Positions 38,226-48,242 of a stretch of DNA of 64,000 bases are shown one piece after another. Under the pieces are notes generated by a model that did not search any database, was not told the origin of the DNA, and worked only from the letters and a program-made list of their open reading frames with translations. The DNA is from Thermoanaerobaculia bacterium (GTDB taxonomy: Bacteria > Acidobacteriota > Thermoanaerobaculia > Multivoradales > Multivoraceae): positions 4,864,001 through 4,928,000 of the forward strand of contig OY761158.1 of assembly GCA_963664405.1 (NCBI GenBank), given 5' to 3'. The first letter of the stretch is position 1. Each line of letters starts with the position of its first letter. Made by a program: the position numbers and the translations under genes.

Positions 38226-38540
38226 CTATCCGTCGATCGAGACTTCGAAGGGGTAGGACGAGAACGAGTCTGCCTGGGGTGATCTCTCCACGGCGATTGG
38301 CAGGGTCTTGGGATCAACGCCGGGTGCATTGACCACCAGCTCCAACTCAGCCGCTGAATCCCAGACCAGGATCTCGAATCCGCCGTCCTTCTTGGTCGCC
38401 TCGGATGTGGTGATGACCTCGAGGCCGTCTCGGACCTCGACGACGGCGCCTTTGACGCCTTTGCCCTTCTTGTTCAAAACCGTTCCCAACAGAACAGCGC
38501 AAACCCCAAGCATGGCTATATTGAGTTTACTCGGCCTCAA
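38226..38540 (-). CDS. Carboxypeptidase-regulatory-like beta domain, possibly a fragment
   Basis: GTV..KKG.GVKGAVV...T..DGGF.I...L.V.APG. Confidence 0.45.
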   Translation of the reverse strand: MRPSKLNIAMLGVCAVLLGTVLNKKGKGVKGAVVEVRDGLEVITTSEATKKDGGFEILVWDSAAELELVVNAPGVDPKTLPIAVERSPQADSFSSYPFEVSIDG

Positions 38541-38618
38541 CCTGCTCTTCCACCTGGTCCGGGCATGACTCAGCGCGGAGGGCTACAATGCCAGCCAGCC
38601 GATCCCTGAGGAGGTGAC

Positions 38619-40160
38619 GTGAGCCGACCCTGTCTGGCCGCATGCGTGCTCGCGCTTGCGACCCTTGCCTGTTCCAGCCCGAACACCGGTACGCCACCAG
38701 CAGGGCCAGAATCGAGTGCAGAGGAGCGGCCGAACATCCTGTTCGTTTTCTACGATCAGTACCGCTCCGACATCATCGGCGCCTATGGCGGGGGAGCCAA
38801 CATCACGACACCGAACATCGATCGACTGGCCCACCAGGGGGCGCTGTTCACCAACGGGCTGTCAACGACGCCGGTGTGTACGCCCTACCGCGGCATGCTT
38901 TTGACCGGCCGCTACGCCACCCACACCGGAATGATGCTGAACTTCCTGGCCGCCAACACCACGACCACTGGCATCGCCGATGTCTTTCGCAACGCCGGCT
39001 ACCGCACGACGTTCATGGGGAAGTGGCACCTGGCGTCTGGCAGCCACAAGATGGCCTGGGTGGGTCAGGAGGAAGGCAGCTGGGATCATGCGAGGGCGTA
39101 TGTGACCGAGAACCCTGACTACAATTTCGTGCCTCCCGGTCCGGCCCGGCTCGGCTTCGAGGACTGGGCCGCGTACAACTTCCACGTCGACTTCCTTACC
39201 GCGCCGTACTATCGCGACGAGCCCGAGCAGCTGATCATGGACGGCTACGAGTCGGATGCTCTGACCGACATGGCCATCCGCTACATGGACGAAGCGCGAG
39301 GGGCCGAGGAGCCTTTCTTCGTCATGGTGGCGCCGCATCCGCCGCACCCTCCCTTCGACCGGGTGCCGGAGGGCTACCTCGAGCAGATTCCCGACACGCT
39401 GGTCTGGGACGAGAACGTGCCGGAGGACGGCCGCACCGGCGTCAACCTGGACGAAGGGCGCGCCTACTTTGCGATGGCCAAGAACGCCGATGACAACATG
39501 GGTCGCATCCTCGACTACCTGGATGAATCTGGGCTCGCCGACAACACGATTGTCGTGTTCACGTCGGACCACGGCGAGATGCTCGGCAGTCACGGCCGAC
39601 GCAACAAGATGGTGCCCTACGCCGAGGCCGTCCGGGTCCCGGTCATCGTCCGGTGGCCGGGGCGGATAGCCCCTGGCACGCGTACCGATACGCTGCAGAG
39701 CCCGCTCGATCACATGCCGACGCTGATCGCCTTGGCCGGCCTCGAGCCACCGCCGGATCTCGACGGCGTCGACCTGAGCGGCGAGCTCCTTGGCGGCGAC
39801 CCAGCGGAACGCGCCGCGGTCCTGATGAGCAACTACAGCGCGCACTGGGACTACTTCATGACCCACTCCCAGCCGGGCGCCAGGTGGCCGGAGTGGCGCG
39901 GCGTGAAGACCAAGCAGTACACCTACGCGCGCTGGATCGACGGCCAAGTCGAGATCTACGACGACCTGGCGGATCCGGACCAGCTGACCGATCTGAGTGA
40001 GGACCCACACCATGCGGGCGTCGTCGCCGAGCTCGAGGAGACGCTGCAGAGGCTGCTCGCCGAGGCGCACGACGAGTTCTTGCCGGGCAACGCCTATGTC
40101 GAGTGGGTCGATCGCGAGCGCCGCATTGTCCGGACCGGCCTCGGCCCCGTTGCGCGATGA
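38619..40160 (+). CDS. Sulfatase lipoprotein
   Basis: Lipobox LAC; PNILF..DQ, CTPYR.MLLTGRY, GKWH, SDHG. Confidence 0.92.
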   Translation: MSRPCLAACVLALATLACSSPNTGTPPAGPESSAEERPNILFVFYDQYRSDIIGAYGGGANITTPNIDRLAHQGALFTNGLSTTPVCTPYRGMLLTGRYATHTGMMLNFLAANTTTTGIADVFRNAGYRTTFMGKWHLASGSHKMAWVGQEEGSWDHARAYVTENPDYNFVPPGPARLGFEDWAAYNFHVDFLTAPYYRDEPEQLIMDGYESDALTDMAIRYMDEARGAEEPFFVMVAPHPPHPPFDRVPEGYLEQIPDTLVWDENVPEDGRTGVNLDEGRAYFAMAKNADDNMGRILDYLDESGLADNTIVVFTSDHGEMLGSHGRRNKMVPYAEAVRVPVIVRWPGRIAPGTRTDTLQSPLDHMPTLIALAGLEPPPDLDGVDLSGELLGGDPAERAAVLMSNYSAHWDYFMTHSQPGARWPEWRGVKTKQYTYARWIDGQVEIYDDLADPDQLTDLSEDPHHAGVVAELEETLQRLLAEAHDEFLPGNAYVEWVDRERRIVRTGLGPVAR

Positions 40161-41134
40161 GCCGATCTGGGCCGAGAGGTTCGCTTGCCCAGGGCCTGAT
40201 CGCCCTGGCTCTCCTTCCTCCTCTTCCCGCCCAGGGTGAAGAGCCATACTCGTCTCCCATCGTTTTCCAGCGCTTCGCCAATAGCGAAGCCAACCCGACG
40301 ATTCCCGGCTTCTACGGCGGCGCCGATATCTGGATCATGGAGGACGACGGAAGCCGTCTGCGGCGCATTCGCGCGGACTCGGAGCGGCACCTCGATCATC
40401 CTTCGTTGACCGAGGATCTGGAGTTCGTGATCTACGCCGAGTTCGAGCCTCACGCTCAGGGTCCCGACCATAAGGCTCGCCTCCTGGCCGAGCGCATCGG
40501 CGGGGAAGTCGACGGCAAACCGGACCGCCGCATCTCGCGGAACCTGCCGGGCTGTAGCGTGCATCACGCTGCGATCTCGCCGGTGACCCAGGAGCTCACC
40601 TACGGCCGCTTCTGCGAAGGGCAAGAGCTGACGCTGATCACTGAGATCAATTTCGAGATCCACAACGTCTCGCTGGAGGCCAACGGCCTCGCGGCGGTCA
40701 ACGGCGTCGGTATCGAGAACGGGGTGGTTTTTCAAGCCGAGGGCCCGCGAGAGAAGGGCGCCCGTCGCGCCGCGATCGCGATGGTGGGCTACGGCGGCGA
40801 TCTGCCGACCTATCGGGACCTCACCGATCGGCGCTTTCTCCACCGGCGGCCCGCGGTGTCACCGGACGGCCGCTGGCTGGCGTGGCAGTCGGACGACAGT
40901 GAAGAGGGCACCGACGATGTCTTCCTGGCCAAGATCGATGGATCCGAGCCTCGTCGTCTGACCCGCTCCGAAGCCAACGACGGCCACCCGTGGTTCTCGC
41001 GCGACGGTCGCTGGATCGTCTTCGAGTCCGACCGCAGCGGCAACTGGGAGATCTTCAAAATCGAGATCGAAAGCCGTGCAGTCGTCCAACTCACAGAGGA
41101 TCCGGACATGGTCAGTACCAGGCCACGCTATTGA
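40157..41134 (+). CDS. Secreted PD40/TolB-like repeat protein
   Basis: PAVSPDG, PWFSRDG..IVFESDRSGNWEI. Confidence 0.75.
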   Translation: MSRSGPRGSLAQGLIALALLPPLPAQGEEPYSSPIVFQRFANSEANPTIPGFYGGADIWIMEDDGSRLRRIRADSERHLDHPSLTEDLEFVIYAEFEPHAQGPDHKARLLAERIGGEVDGKPDRRISRNLPGCSVHHAAISPVTQELTYGRFCEGQELTLITEINFEIHNVSLEANGLAAVNGVGIENGVVFQAEGPREKGARRAAIAMVGYGGDLPTYRDLTDRRFLHRRPAVSPDGRWLAWQSDDSEEGTDDVFLAKIDGSEPRRLTRSEANDGHPWFSRDGRWIVFESDRSGNWEIFKIEIESRAVVQLTEDPDMVSTRPRY

Positions 41135-41154
41135 AGTTCGGTTACACTTTCGCC

Positions 41155-42078
41155 ATGCCCTCCCTGCACGCCCGAAGGAGAGGATGGCGGCTGCTCGTCG
41201 TCGCGGCTGGCTGTGTGAGTGTCGTTCTCACAACCGGGGCGGCGGGAGCGGGCGCACAGCGCGGCGACGATTCGGGTACCTCCCCGCTGCTCGTGGCAGA
41301 AAACGTGGTCTACAAGGAAGGTGGCGATCCGGTTCGCAACGCGCTCGACGTGTATGCCCCCTCGGGAGCCTCCGGCCTGCCGGTGCTCTTCTACGTGCAC
41401 GGCGGCGCGCTGCGGGCAGGAGACAAGAGAAACCTCCACGACAAGCCGCAGTTCTTTGCCGAGCGGGGCTTCGTCCTGGTGTCGCCGAACTATCGGCTGT
41501 CCCCGGAGGTCGTGCACCCGGCCCACATCGAGGACGTTGCCGCGGCGGTCGCCTGGGTGGTGGAGAATGTCCACGACTATGGCGGTGACCCGGAACGCCT
41601 GGTCTTTATGGGCCACTCCTCCGGTGCCCTGCTCGGCGGTCTGCTCACCACAGACGAGCACCGCCTGGGAGCCCACGACCTCTCTCTCGACACTTTGAAG
41701 GGCGCAGTTCTCCTCGACGGCCATACCTACAATCTGGCGGCAAGCATGGAGAGCTTCCACGGCAAGGAAGTGCCGAAAGAGCCGATCTCGAAATTCACCG
41801 AGCGACCGGAGGTCTGGCGCGACGCGACGGCGATGGAACACATCGCGAAGGGCAAGGGGATACCACCGATGCTCCTGGTGTCCGGCGGCATCCAGTTCCA
41901 GCACTGGCCGGTTGGGGAAGCAGCGGAGGAGTTCGCGGCAGCGTTGAGAGAGGCGGGCGCTGAGGCCGAAGTGTTCATGGCCGAGGGGAAGGACCATGGT
42001 GACGTCAATCGGGACGTGACCTCCGGCGACGAGATGAGCCGCGCGATCCTGGAGTTTCTCGTGAAGCGCGCCCGGTAG
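41155..42078 (+). CDS. Secreted carboxylesterase-like alpha/beta hydrolase
   Basis: LDVY, HGG, NYRLSP, GHSSG, DH. Confidence 0.85.
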   Translation: MPSLHARRRGWRLLVVAAGCVSVVLTTGAAGAGAQRGDDSGTSPLLVAENVVYKEGGDPVRNALDVYAPSGASGLPVLFYVHGGALRAGDKRNLHDKPQFFAERGFVLVSPNYRLSPEVVHPAHIEDVAAAVAWVVENVHDYGGDPERLVFMGHSSGALLGGLLTTDEHRLGAHDLSLDTLKGAVLLDGHTYNLAASMESFHGKEVPKEPISKFTERPEVWRDATAMEHIAKGKGIPPMLLVSGGIQFQHWPVGEAAEEFAAALREAGAEAEVFMAEGKDHGDVNRDVTSGDEMSRAILEFLVKRAR

Positions 42079-42092
42079 CGCTGATCAGCTTC

Positions 42093-42365
42093 CTAGATCG
42101 CCGCTACGATCGCATCTGCCATGGCCGCGGTGCTGGCCCGGCCGCCGAGGTCCTCGGTGACATTCTCTCCAGCGCGTAGGACCTGGGTGGTGGCGGCGAG
42201 GATGCGCTCGGCAGCCGCCTCTTCGCCGAGGTGGCGCAGTAGCTCGAGAGCTGGTGAGAGCAAGGGTAGAGGGTTGGCCGTTCCGGTACCTTCGAGGTGG
42301 GCTGCATCTCCGTGGACCGCTTCGTAGACACGAAACTCCTCGCCGATGTTGATGGCGAGGGCGCT
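42093..42365 (-). pseudogene. 3' remnant of an isocitrate/isopropylmalate dehydrogenase family gene
   Basis: AINIGEE..VYEAVHGDA..LEGTGTANP...LRHLGE...TEDLGG.AST..MADAI*; in-frame stop upstream and no start. Confidence 0.8.
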
Positions 42366-42433
42366 CGAGATGCAACGGCGCTTCTCCAGGAGATCCTATA
42401 GGTCAAAGCGTCGGGTGCTACGGTTGGCGGCTC

Positions 42434-42931
42434 GTGGGCTTCGTCATCCGAGACTACGCCTCGGCAGATTGGCCGGCCATCTGCCGAGTGCATGATCGAT
42501 CTCGGCCCGATGAGCTGCGCGGATCTTTCGATCCCCGCGCCTTCATTCCTCTGGCTGAAGATCCCGAAGGCGCGTACATCAAGGTCTGCGACATGTTCGT
42601 CGCCCAAGATGGGGATGAGGTCGTCGCCTTCGCCGGCATCGACGACCCCTACTTCGCCTGGCTGTATGTAGATCCCGCCCACTACCGCCGTGGGATCGGG
42701 CTTGCCCTGCTCAGACACTGTCTCGATCGGCTGAGCAAGGATGCCTGGACCCTCGCCTGCGGCAACAACACTGCCGCCCTCAGCCTGTACCTGGGTGAAG
42801 GCTTCGTCGTCGAGAAACGATTCATCGGAGACAACACCGGCTACAAGGGCCCCTCAGCCAGACTAGCGCTCGATCCAGCTAGGCGGGGCTGGACCAAGCC
42901 GAGGAAGAGCCAAACGCCCCGAGACTCCTAA
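42434..42931 (+). CDS. GNAT family N-acetyltransferase
   Basis: WLYVDPAHYRRGIG, N..A..LY...GF. Confidence 0.85.
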   Translation: MGFVIRDYASADWPAICRVHDRSRPDELRGSFDPRAFIPLAEDPEGAYIKVCDMFVAQDGDEVVAFAGIDDPYFAWLYVDPAHYRRGIGLALLRHCLDRLSKDAWTLACGNNTAALSLYLGEGFVVEKRFIGDNTGYKGPSARLALDPARRGWTKPRKSQTPRDS

Positions 42932-44613
42932 ATCGGCCTCTGCAGCTCTTGCTCGCGCAGCTCGCGACGCAGGATCTTGAGCACCGCGCTCTTGGGCAAC
43001 TCGTCACGAAACTCGATCTGGCGGGGGATCTTGTACGCCGCCAGCTCCTTGCGAGCATACTCGATGAGCTCTTCCGCCGTGGCCGTTTGCCCGTCCACGA
43101 GGACGACGAATGACTTGACCGTCTCGCCTCTCTTTTGGTCGGGAACTCCGATCGTTGCCGCCTCTAGGACGGCGGGATGGGCGATGAGTACGCTGTCTAC
43201 TTCGTCCGGATAGATGTTGTAGCCGCTGGCGATGATGAGGTCCTTCTTTCGTCCGACGATCGAGAAGAATCCATCTCCATCCACGATTGCCAGGTCCCCG
43301 GTGTGGAGCCATCCGTTCTTGATCACCTCGCTCGTCTCGTCCGGTCTCCTCCAGTAGCCTGCCATCACCTGGGGACCTTTGATCAGGAGCTCGCCCTCCT
43401 GGCCGGGAGGCATCTCGGTCGTGCCGTCCTCGAGGTCCACGACCTTGGCGTCGGTCTCAGGCAGGGGAACTCCTATGCCGCCGATTTTTCGCCTGCCGAG
43501 AAGCGGCGTGCAGTGGGTGACGGGCGACGCCTCGGTGAGTCCGTACCCCTCAACGACCTTGCTCTCGGTCAGCTTCTCGAAGGTCTCGAGAACGTCCACC
43601 GGCAAGGGAGCCGATCCGGAGACACATGTATTGAGAGTGGTGAGGTCCACTCTCTCGCAGTCGGGACAATTATTGATGGCGTTCAACTGTGCCGGCACCG
43701 CGGACATCATGGTGACCCGATGTTTGGCAATGTTCTTGACGAGTTGGGGAGTGTCGCGGGGGTTGGGCACCAGCACCATGGCCGCCGCGCCAAATACCGA
43801 GAGGTTGAGTGACACGGTCATCCCGAAGACGTGGAAAAAGGGCAAGCTCGCGAGCACCACTTCTCCGCCGCTGTCCACGCTCCCCATCCAAGAGCTGATC
43901 TGTTGAACGTTGAACGACAGGTTGCGGTGGGTGAGCATGGCCGCCTTGGCCACGCCTGTCGTTCCCCCGGTGTACTGCAGGATGGCGATGTCATCCATGC
44001 CGACCTCCACCTTCGGTGGGGCCGGGGGCGCACCCTCGATGAGTTGGCTCATCAAGTGGACTCCCTCGCCGGGCTCGACCTTCGCCATCAAGGGCGGGTC
44101 CGCTCTTTTGAGTTTGAGAGGAGCCAGCCAGTCGAGGGGAAACCGCAGGTAGTCCGGGATCGATGCGATGACGTAGTTCTTGACTGGAAGTCTGTTACGC
44201 ATCGCCTGGATGCGACTCGCATACAGATAGTCCGCCACCACGGCGAGGGAGCATTCGGCATCGTTCCACTGATGCTCGATCTCGCGCTCGACATAGAGCG
44301 GGTTCGTCATCACGACCTGTGCTCCGAGGGACAGGGTGGCGTAATAGGCGATCACCGTCTGAGGCAGATTCGGGAGTTGGATGGCGACCCGGGTGTCCGA
44401 CCCGACTCCGAGGCCGGCGAGAGCTGTGGCGAAACGGTCGACATGGTCCTTCAGCTGCCGGTAGGACAGCCGGCGATTCATGAAGATCAGGGCGGTGGCC
44501 TGGCCGTACTCGGTGGCGGAGCGCTCCAGGAAGCCCGGCACCGGAAGCTCCTCGAAATCGAGGCTCGCCGGGACCTCCTCGTCGTAGAATCGGTGCCAGA
44601 TCCGTTCTTCCAT
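42928..44613 (-). CDS. fadD: Long-chain fatty acid-CoA ligase
   Basis: YTGGTTGVAK, EGYGLTE, WLHTGD, LPKSAVLK. Confidence 0.9.
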   Translation of the reverse strand: MEERIWHRFYDEEVPASLDFEELPVPGFLERSATEYGQATALIFMNRRLSYRQLKDHVDRFATALAGLGVGSDTRVAIQLPNLPQTVIAYYATLSLGAQVVMTNPLYVEREIEHQWNDAECSLAVVADYLYASRIQAMRNRLPVKNYVIASIPDYLRFPLDWLAPLKLKRADPPLMAKVEPGEGVHLMSQLIEGAPPAPPKVEVGMDDIAILQYTGGTTGVAKAAMLTHRNLSFNVQQISSWMGSVDSGGEVVLASLPFFHVFGMTVSLNLSVFGAAAMVLVPNPRDTPQLVKNIAKHRVTMMSAVPAQLNAINNCPDCERVDLTTLNTCVSGSAPLPVDVLETFEKLTESKVVEGYGLTEASPVTHCTPLLGRRKIGGIGVPLPETDAKVVDLEDGTTEMPPGQEGELLIKGPQVMAGYWRRPDETSEVIKNGWLHTGDLAIVDGDGFFSIVGRKKDLIIASGYNIYPDEVDSVLIAHPAVLEAATIGVPDQKRGETVKSFVVLVDGQTATAEELIEYARKELAAYKIPRQIEFRDELPKSAVLKILRRELREQELQRPI

Positions 44614-44705
44614 TGTCGGCGCTCGTCGAGGCCGGTAGCCCACGACTCCAGTGGTAGGCTGACCTCGACAGAAGCCTACTACTTACCGACTATCGCTCAG
44701 TCTCC

Positions 44706-45881
44706 ATGGAGAACCGGCTGACGAAGGCAACCGAGACCGCCGCCGTGCGCGATGGGATGGCGGTAGCCCCTGCAACCAAGGACCCCAGCTTGGCCAAGCG
44801 GCGAGGGGTCCTTCGCGCCGCCGCCGGTTTCATGATTCCTTCTATTACGGGTATCCCTGTAATCGCAAGCGGACTGATTTCACTCACCTGGGCAGAATGG
44901 CTGTTGACCATGTCGACGGTGGTCCTAGCGTGGAGTCTCATGTGGTACATCCTTGTCCGGGGCTGGGACAAGCGGCTGCGCTTCGATCCTCAGTTCTTGC
45001 TCGTGCCGGCGGCCGCTAGCGCGATCCTCCTGTGCCTGTTCGTCTACGTGGCGCCCGAGGTTCGGTTGGTGGTGCTGCAGGGTTGGTTCATGGTGCTGCT
45101 GTTCGGCGCCGGTCTGTTTTCGCTCAAAGAGGTCGTGGCACTCAACACCTTCATGACGGCCGGCTACGTCGGCATCATCGGGGTTCTCATTGCTCGCGGT
45201 GAGCCGATCTCGTGGCCTTTCGAGATCTTCACCGTGATCTTCCCTTTCTTCCTCTTCAGCTTCTTCTGCGGCACCGTGCTCGAGCGCCTGCGTCGTGAAA
45301 GGGTTGAGAAGAAGGCGCTGCGGAGCCAGCTCTCTCATCTGGCACTCACCGACGGGCTCACCGGCCTGCCGAATCGCCGACACTTCGACGAGTACGTGCA
45401 ACGGCACTCCGCCCTCTGCCAGCGCTCGGGCGCCACCTATGCCGTGGGATTGATCGACCTCGACAACCTCAAGGAGATCAACGACAGTTTGGGCCACGTG
45501 GTCGGCGACCGCGTGCTTGTCGAGCTGGCAGAGATCGTCCGCAGCCATCTCCGGCAGAGTGATCTCGCGGCCCGCTGGGGTGGTGACGAGTTCGCGGTGC
45601 TGCTGACCGAGACCAATGCGGCGGCGGCAGGCGTAGCTCTCAGCGAGATCGTTCGCGAGGTCGCCAGCCGCTCTTTCTCAGCCAGCGGTCTTGGCCCCGG
45701 TCAGGTGACGGTCAGCATTGGGGTGACGGAGAGTCAGGGGGAAGAGTCTCTCCGGGACCTCCTGCGATGGGCCGACGAGGGGCTCTACACTGCCAAAGGA
45801 GACGGAGGGAACCGCGTCGAGGTGTACACACCCCCTCGCCTCTCCCAAGCTCAGACCGACGAGGACGTGGCACTCGGTTGA
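44706..45881 (+). CDS. Membrane diguanylate cyclase
   Basis: About 6 TM; DGLTGLPNRR, RQSD I-site, GGDEF. Confidence 0.92.
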   Translation: MENRLTKATETAAVRDGMAVAPATKDPSLAKRRGVLRAAAGFMIPSITGIPVIASGLISLTWAEWLLTMSTVVLAWSLMWYILVRGWDKRLRFDPQFLLVPAAASAILLCLFVYVAPEVRLVVLQGWFMVLLFGAGLFSLKEVVALNTFMTAGYVGIIGVLIARGEPISWPFEIFTVIFPFFLFSFFCGTVLERLRRERVEKKALRSQLSHLALTDGLTGLPNRRHFDEYVQRHSALCQRSGATYAVGLIDLDNLKEINDSLGHVVGDRVLVELAEIVRSHLRQSDLAARWGGDEFAVLLTETNAAAAGVALSEIVREVASRSFSASGLGPGQVTVSIGVTESQGEESLRDLLRWADEGLYTAKGDGGNRVEVYTPPRLSQAQTDEDVALG

Positions 45882-45920
45882 GGCCTCCCGCCAGCAGTAC
45901 CAGACCGGTCATTCGCAGGT

Positions 45921-46439
45921 TCACTTCGTTTCTCCCGGCAGACTCTCGATCCGATGCAGCCGCGATGTGCGACCGCCGTAGACCCATACCATCTCATCGC
46001 CTTCTAGGTGCCGCGTTACCATCACCGGACCGTCGAAGGGTCGCAGCTCGAGGCGGCCGTCGATGAACCTGGCAGCCACACTAATCTTTTTGCAGTTGGC
46101 TGCGGCAACGTCGTTGACTCCGTTCTCGAGGGTGTCGTCGGTACGCATGTCGTGAATGATCTTGCCGGCGGTGATCACCACACGGTTGCCGCATTGCTCG
46201 ACCCGCTCGATGTGACCCACGAGTCCCGACTCAGCCTTCCACAACCCGCGCAGATCCGCGGCGCCTTCGGCCAGGGGCTCGGTGCAGCTCGCTAGCACAG
46301 GCGGCGGGAACTCGGTCCAACCACAGCCAGGAGTGTTTGCGACAGGGATGTCATCGGCGGTGACGGAATCGTCGGCGGTGCCTGGGGCGCCGAAGAGCAT
46401 ACCGATTGCCACCAGACCGATCGTGAGCGCGCGAATCAT
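45921..46439 (-). CDS. Secreted hypothetical protein
   Basis: Signal peptide; CTEPL..GA.DLRGLW, HIERVEQCGNRVV. Confidence 0.7.
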   Translation of the reverse strand: MIRALTIGLVAIGMLFGAPGTADDSVTADDIPVANTPGCGWTEFPPPVLASCTEPLAEGAADLRGLWKAESGLVGHIERVEQCGNRVVITAGKIIHDMRTDDTLENGVNDVAAANCKKISVAARFIDGRLELRPFDGPVMVTRHLEGDEMVWVYGGRTSRLHRIESLPGETK

Positions 46440-46466
46440 GCTGTTGGCGGCACTATACCGTGGCTC

Positions 46467-46778
46467 TCAGCAAGCCCTTTGCGCACTTGGCCTAGCCCCG
46501 GAGAACGGACCTGCGGCCCGTTCTCCGGCCCATCCCCCCCTAAGAACTACTCGCCTGTCCGAATTCTCGGACACGCTCCTAGGCGCTCGCATGCCGCCGA
46601 GAGCCCGTGCGGGGAGCGTGACGACGGCTCCGAGGAAAGAGAACACTCCGCCGACAGCGATGCCGACCAGCCGGAACGGCAACAAAAGAAGCCAGACCAG
46701 TGGGTAGAGAACCAGAGCGAGCAGAGCGAGAGGCCAGCTGATGACAAGGAGTATGAGCCAGAGGAGGAACTTCGTCAT
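46467..46778 (-). CDS. Small membrane protein
   Basis: Very hydrophobic LYPLVWLLLLPFRL; GAGGAG RBS; GGAAC-N16-CGTA upstream. Confidence 0.65.
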   Translation of the reverse strand: MTKFLLWLILLVISWPLALLALVLYPLVWLLLLPFRLVGIAVGGVFSFLGAVVTLPARALGGMRAPRSVSENSDRRVVLRGGWAGERAAGPFSGARPSAQRAC

Positions 46779-46825
46779 CTCTCCTCTATATACGCACTCT
46801 CGGCGAAACGGTTCCGGACGCAGAG

Positions 46826-46909
46826 CTCTACGCTGCCAAGCGCAATGGAGGGAACCGCGTCGAGGTGTGCACTCTCCCGGCCACTGGCTCAGCGAGTTTC
46901 GGAGCCTGA
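46826..46909 (+). pseudogene. 3' relic of a GGDEF gene (LYAAKRNGGNRVEVCT...*)
   Basis: 46826-46873 matches 45783-45830 at 40/48 nt, including a 22-nt exact run. Confidence 0.75.
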
Positions 46910-47045
46910 TCTCGGTCTCCTCGAGCTCTCGTTCCCTAGCCCGAAGATGTAGCTCTCTCGCGAGGCGCTCGCGCTCGAGGTCTGTCTGCGCGGCACTCTA
47001 CTGGTGTGGACTTGATCGAACCCTCGACTCAAAGGAGGCGGAGTG

Positions 47046-47372
47046 ATGACGACTGGGTGGACCATGGCGAAATTCGGCACAGTTCCACTTACGGTCAACA
47101 ATGCCAACTGCTACGCCGGGAACTTGGTGATGCACCCGACGCTCGTCTTCAACGCCACGGTGTACCACACCACCATGCAGGGCGTTCCCGCCACCTGGGT
47201 CGTAAGCTTCTACCTGACCTGCTACTACAGTACTCCCACCGGGACGTCTTCTGGGATCCTGTGCGGCGCGAACAGCACGACGGACGGCCTGCCGGTGGAG
47301 CTCATGGAGTTCTCGGTCCAGAGCGACGACGCAGAGACAGAGAAGAGGGCAGAAGGGGCGGGGGAGTCCTAG
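47046..47372 (+). CDS. Hypothetical protein with a C-terminal LPVELxxF motif
   Basis: AGGAGG RBS; ...DGLPVELMEFSV. Confidence 0.55.
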   Translation: MTTGWTMAKFGTVPLTVNNANCYAGNLVMHPTLVFNATVYHTTMQGVPATWVVSFYLTCYYSTPTGTSSGILCGANSTTDGLPVELMEFSVQSDDAETEKRAEGAGES

Positions 47373-48214
47373 TCGGCTGTGAAGGGGTGGTCGGCCCGCC
47401 AAGCCTTGGCGGCATCCCCGAGCGTCGAGAAGACCCCGACGCCGGTGGCCTGAAGGCGATCGATAAGAGTCTCGAGCATCAGCATGCGGTGGCCGCGGCC
47501 GATCACCTGTGGATGCATGGTGAGGATGAAGACTCCGCTGCCGATGCGGCGTAGATACTCGAATTCCTGCAACCAGATCGAGAGTACCCGCTCTGGGTCC
47601 GCGAGCCCTGGGTTGACGCCACGCCGGCTGAAGGTGTGCTCGAAGAAGGGGTGGTCGTCGAGGTGCCAGGCGAAAGGCATCTGGACGAGCTCGATCTTCG
47701 CTCCGAATTTGTAGGGGCCGTCGGGAGGCGCCTCGTCACCGACCCGGCAGTAATAGGGAGAGAAATCGTCGGCCATCATGCTGCTGTCGTAGAGGAACTC
47801 GTGCTCGGAAAGGAGGGACAGAGAGTTGGTGCTGGCGCTGCCGGAAGGACAGCGATAGCCGATCGGCACGACCCCTGCGATCGTCTTCAGACAGTCGATG
47901 CCACGTAGGAGAATGCGTTCTTCGTCTTCCCGCTCGAGCTTTGCCGGGTTTTCGTGGCAGTAGCCGTGGTGGCCGATCTCGTGTCCCTCGGCGACGATGC
48001 GGCGGGTCTCCTCGGGGAAGGCTTCGGCAGTGTGCCCGGGCACGAACCACGTGCTTGGAATGTTCTTGTCCCGGAGAAGGTCGAGGATGCGAGTGGCACC
48101 GACCCGCCCGAACTCGCCGCGAGAGAGGGCATTGGGCGACTTGGTGCGGTAGATCGCGATCCAGGACGACATCGCGTCGAAGTCGAAGCTGAGGCAGATG
48201 CGTATCGCGGCCAT
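47369..48214 (-). CDS. Polysaccharide deacetylase (PuuE/CE4-like)
   Basis: LSFDFD, HEIGHHGYCH, GYRCP, YDSS, TMHPQVIGR. Confidence 0.88.
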   Translation of the reverse strand: MAAIRICLSFDFDAMSSWIAIYRTKSPNALSRGEFGRVGATRILDLLRDKNIPSTWFVPGHTAEAFPEETRRIVAEGHEIGHHGYCHENPAKLEREDEERILLRGIDCLKTIAGVVPIGYRCPSGSASTNSLSLLSEHEFLYDSSMMADDFSPYYCRVGDEAPPDGPYKFGAKIELVQMPFAWHLDDHPFFEHTFSRRGVNPGLADPERVLSIWLQEFEYLRRIGSGVFILTMHPQVIGRGHRMLMLETLIDRLQATGVGVFSTLGDAAKAWRADHPFTAD

Positions 48215-48242
48215 GGCGCTAGACTCCTCTTGGGGAGGGCTC

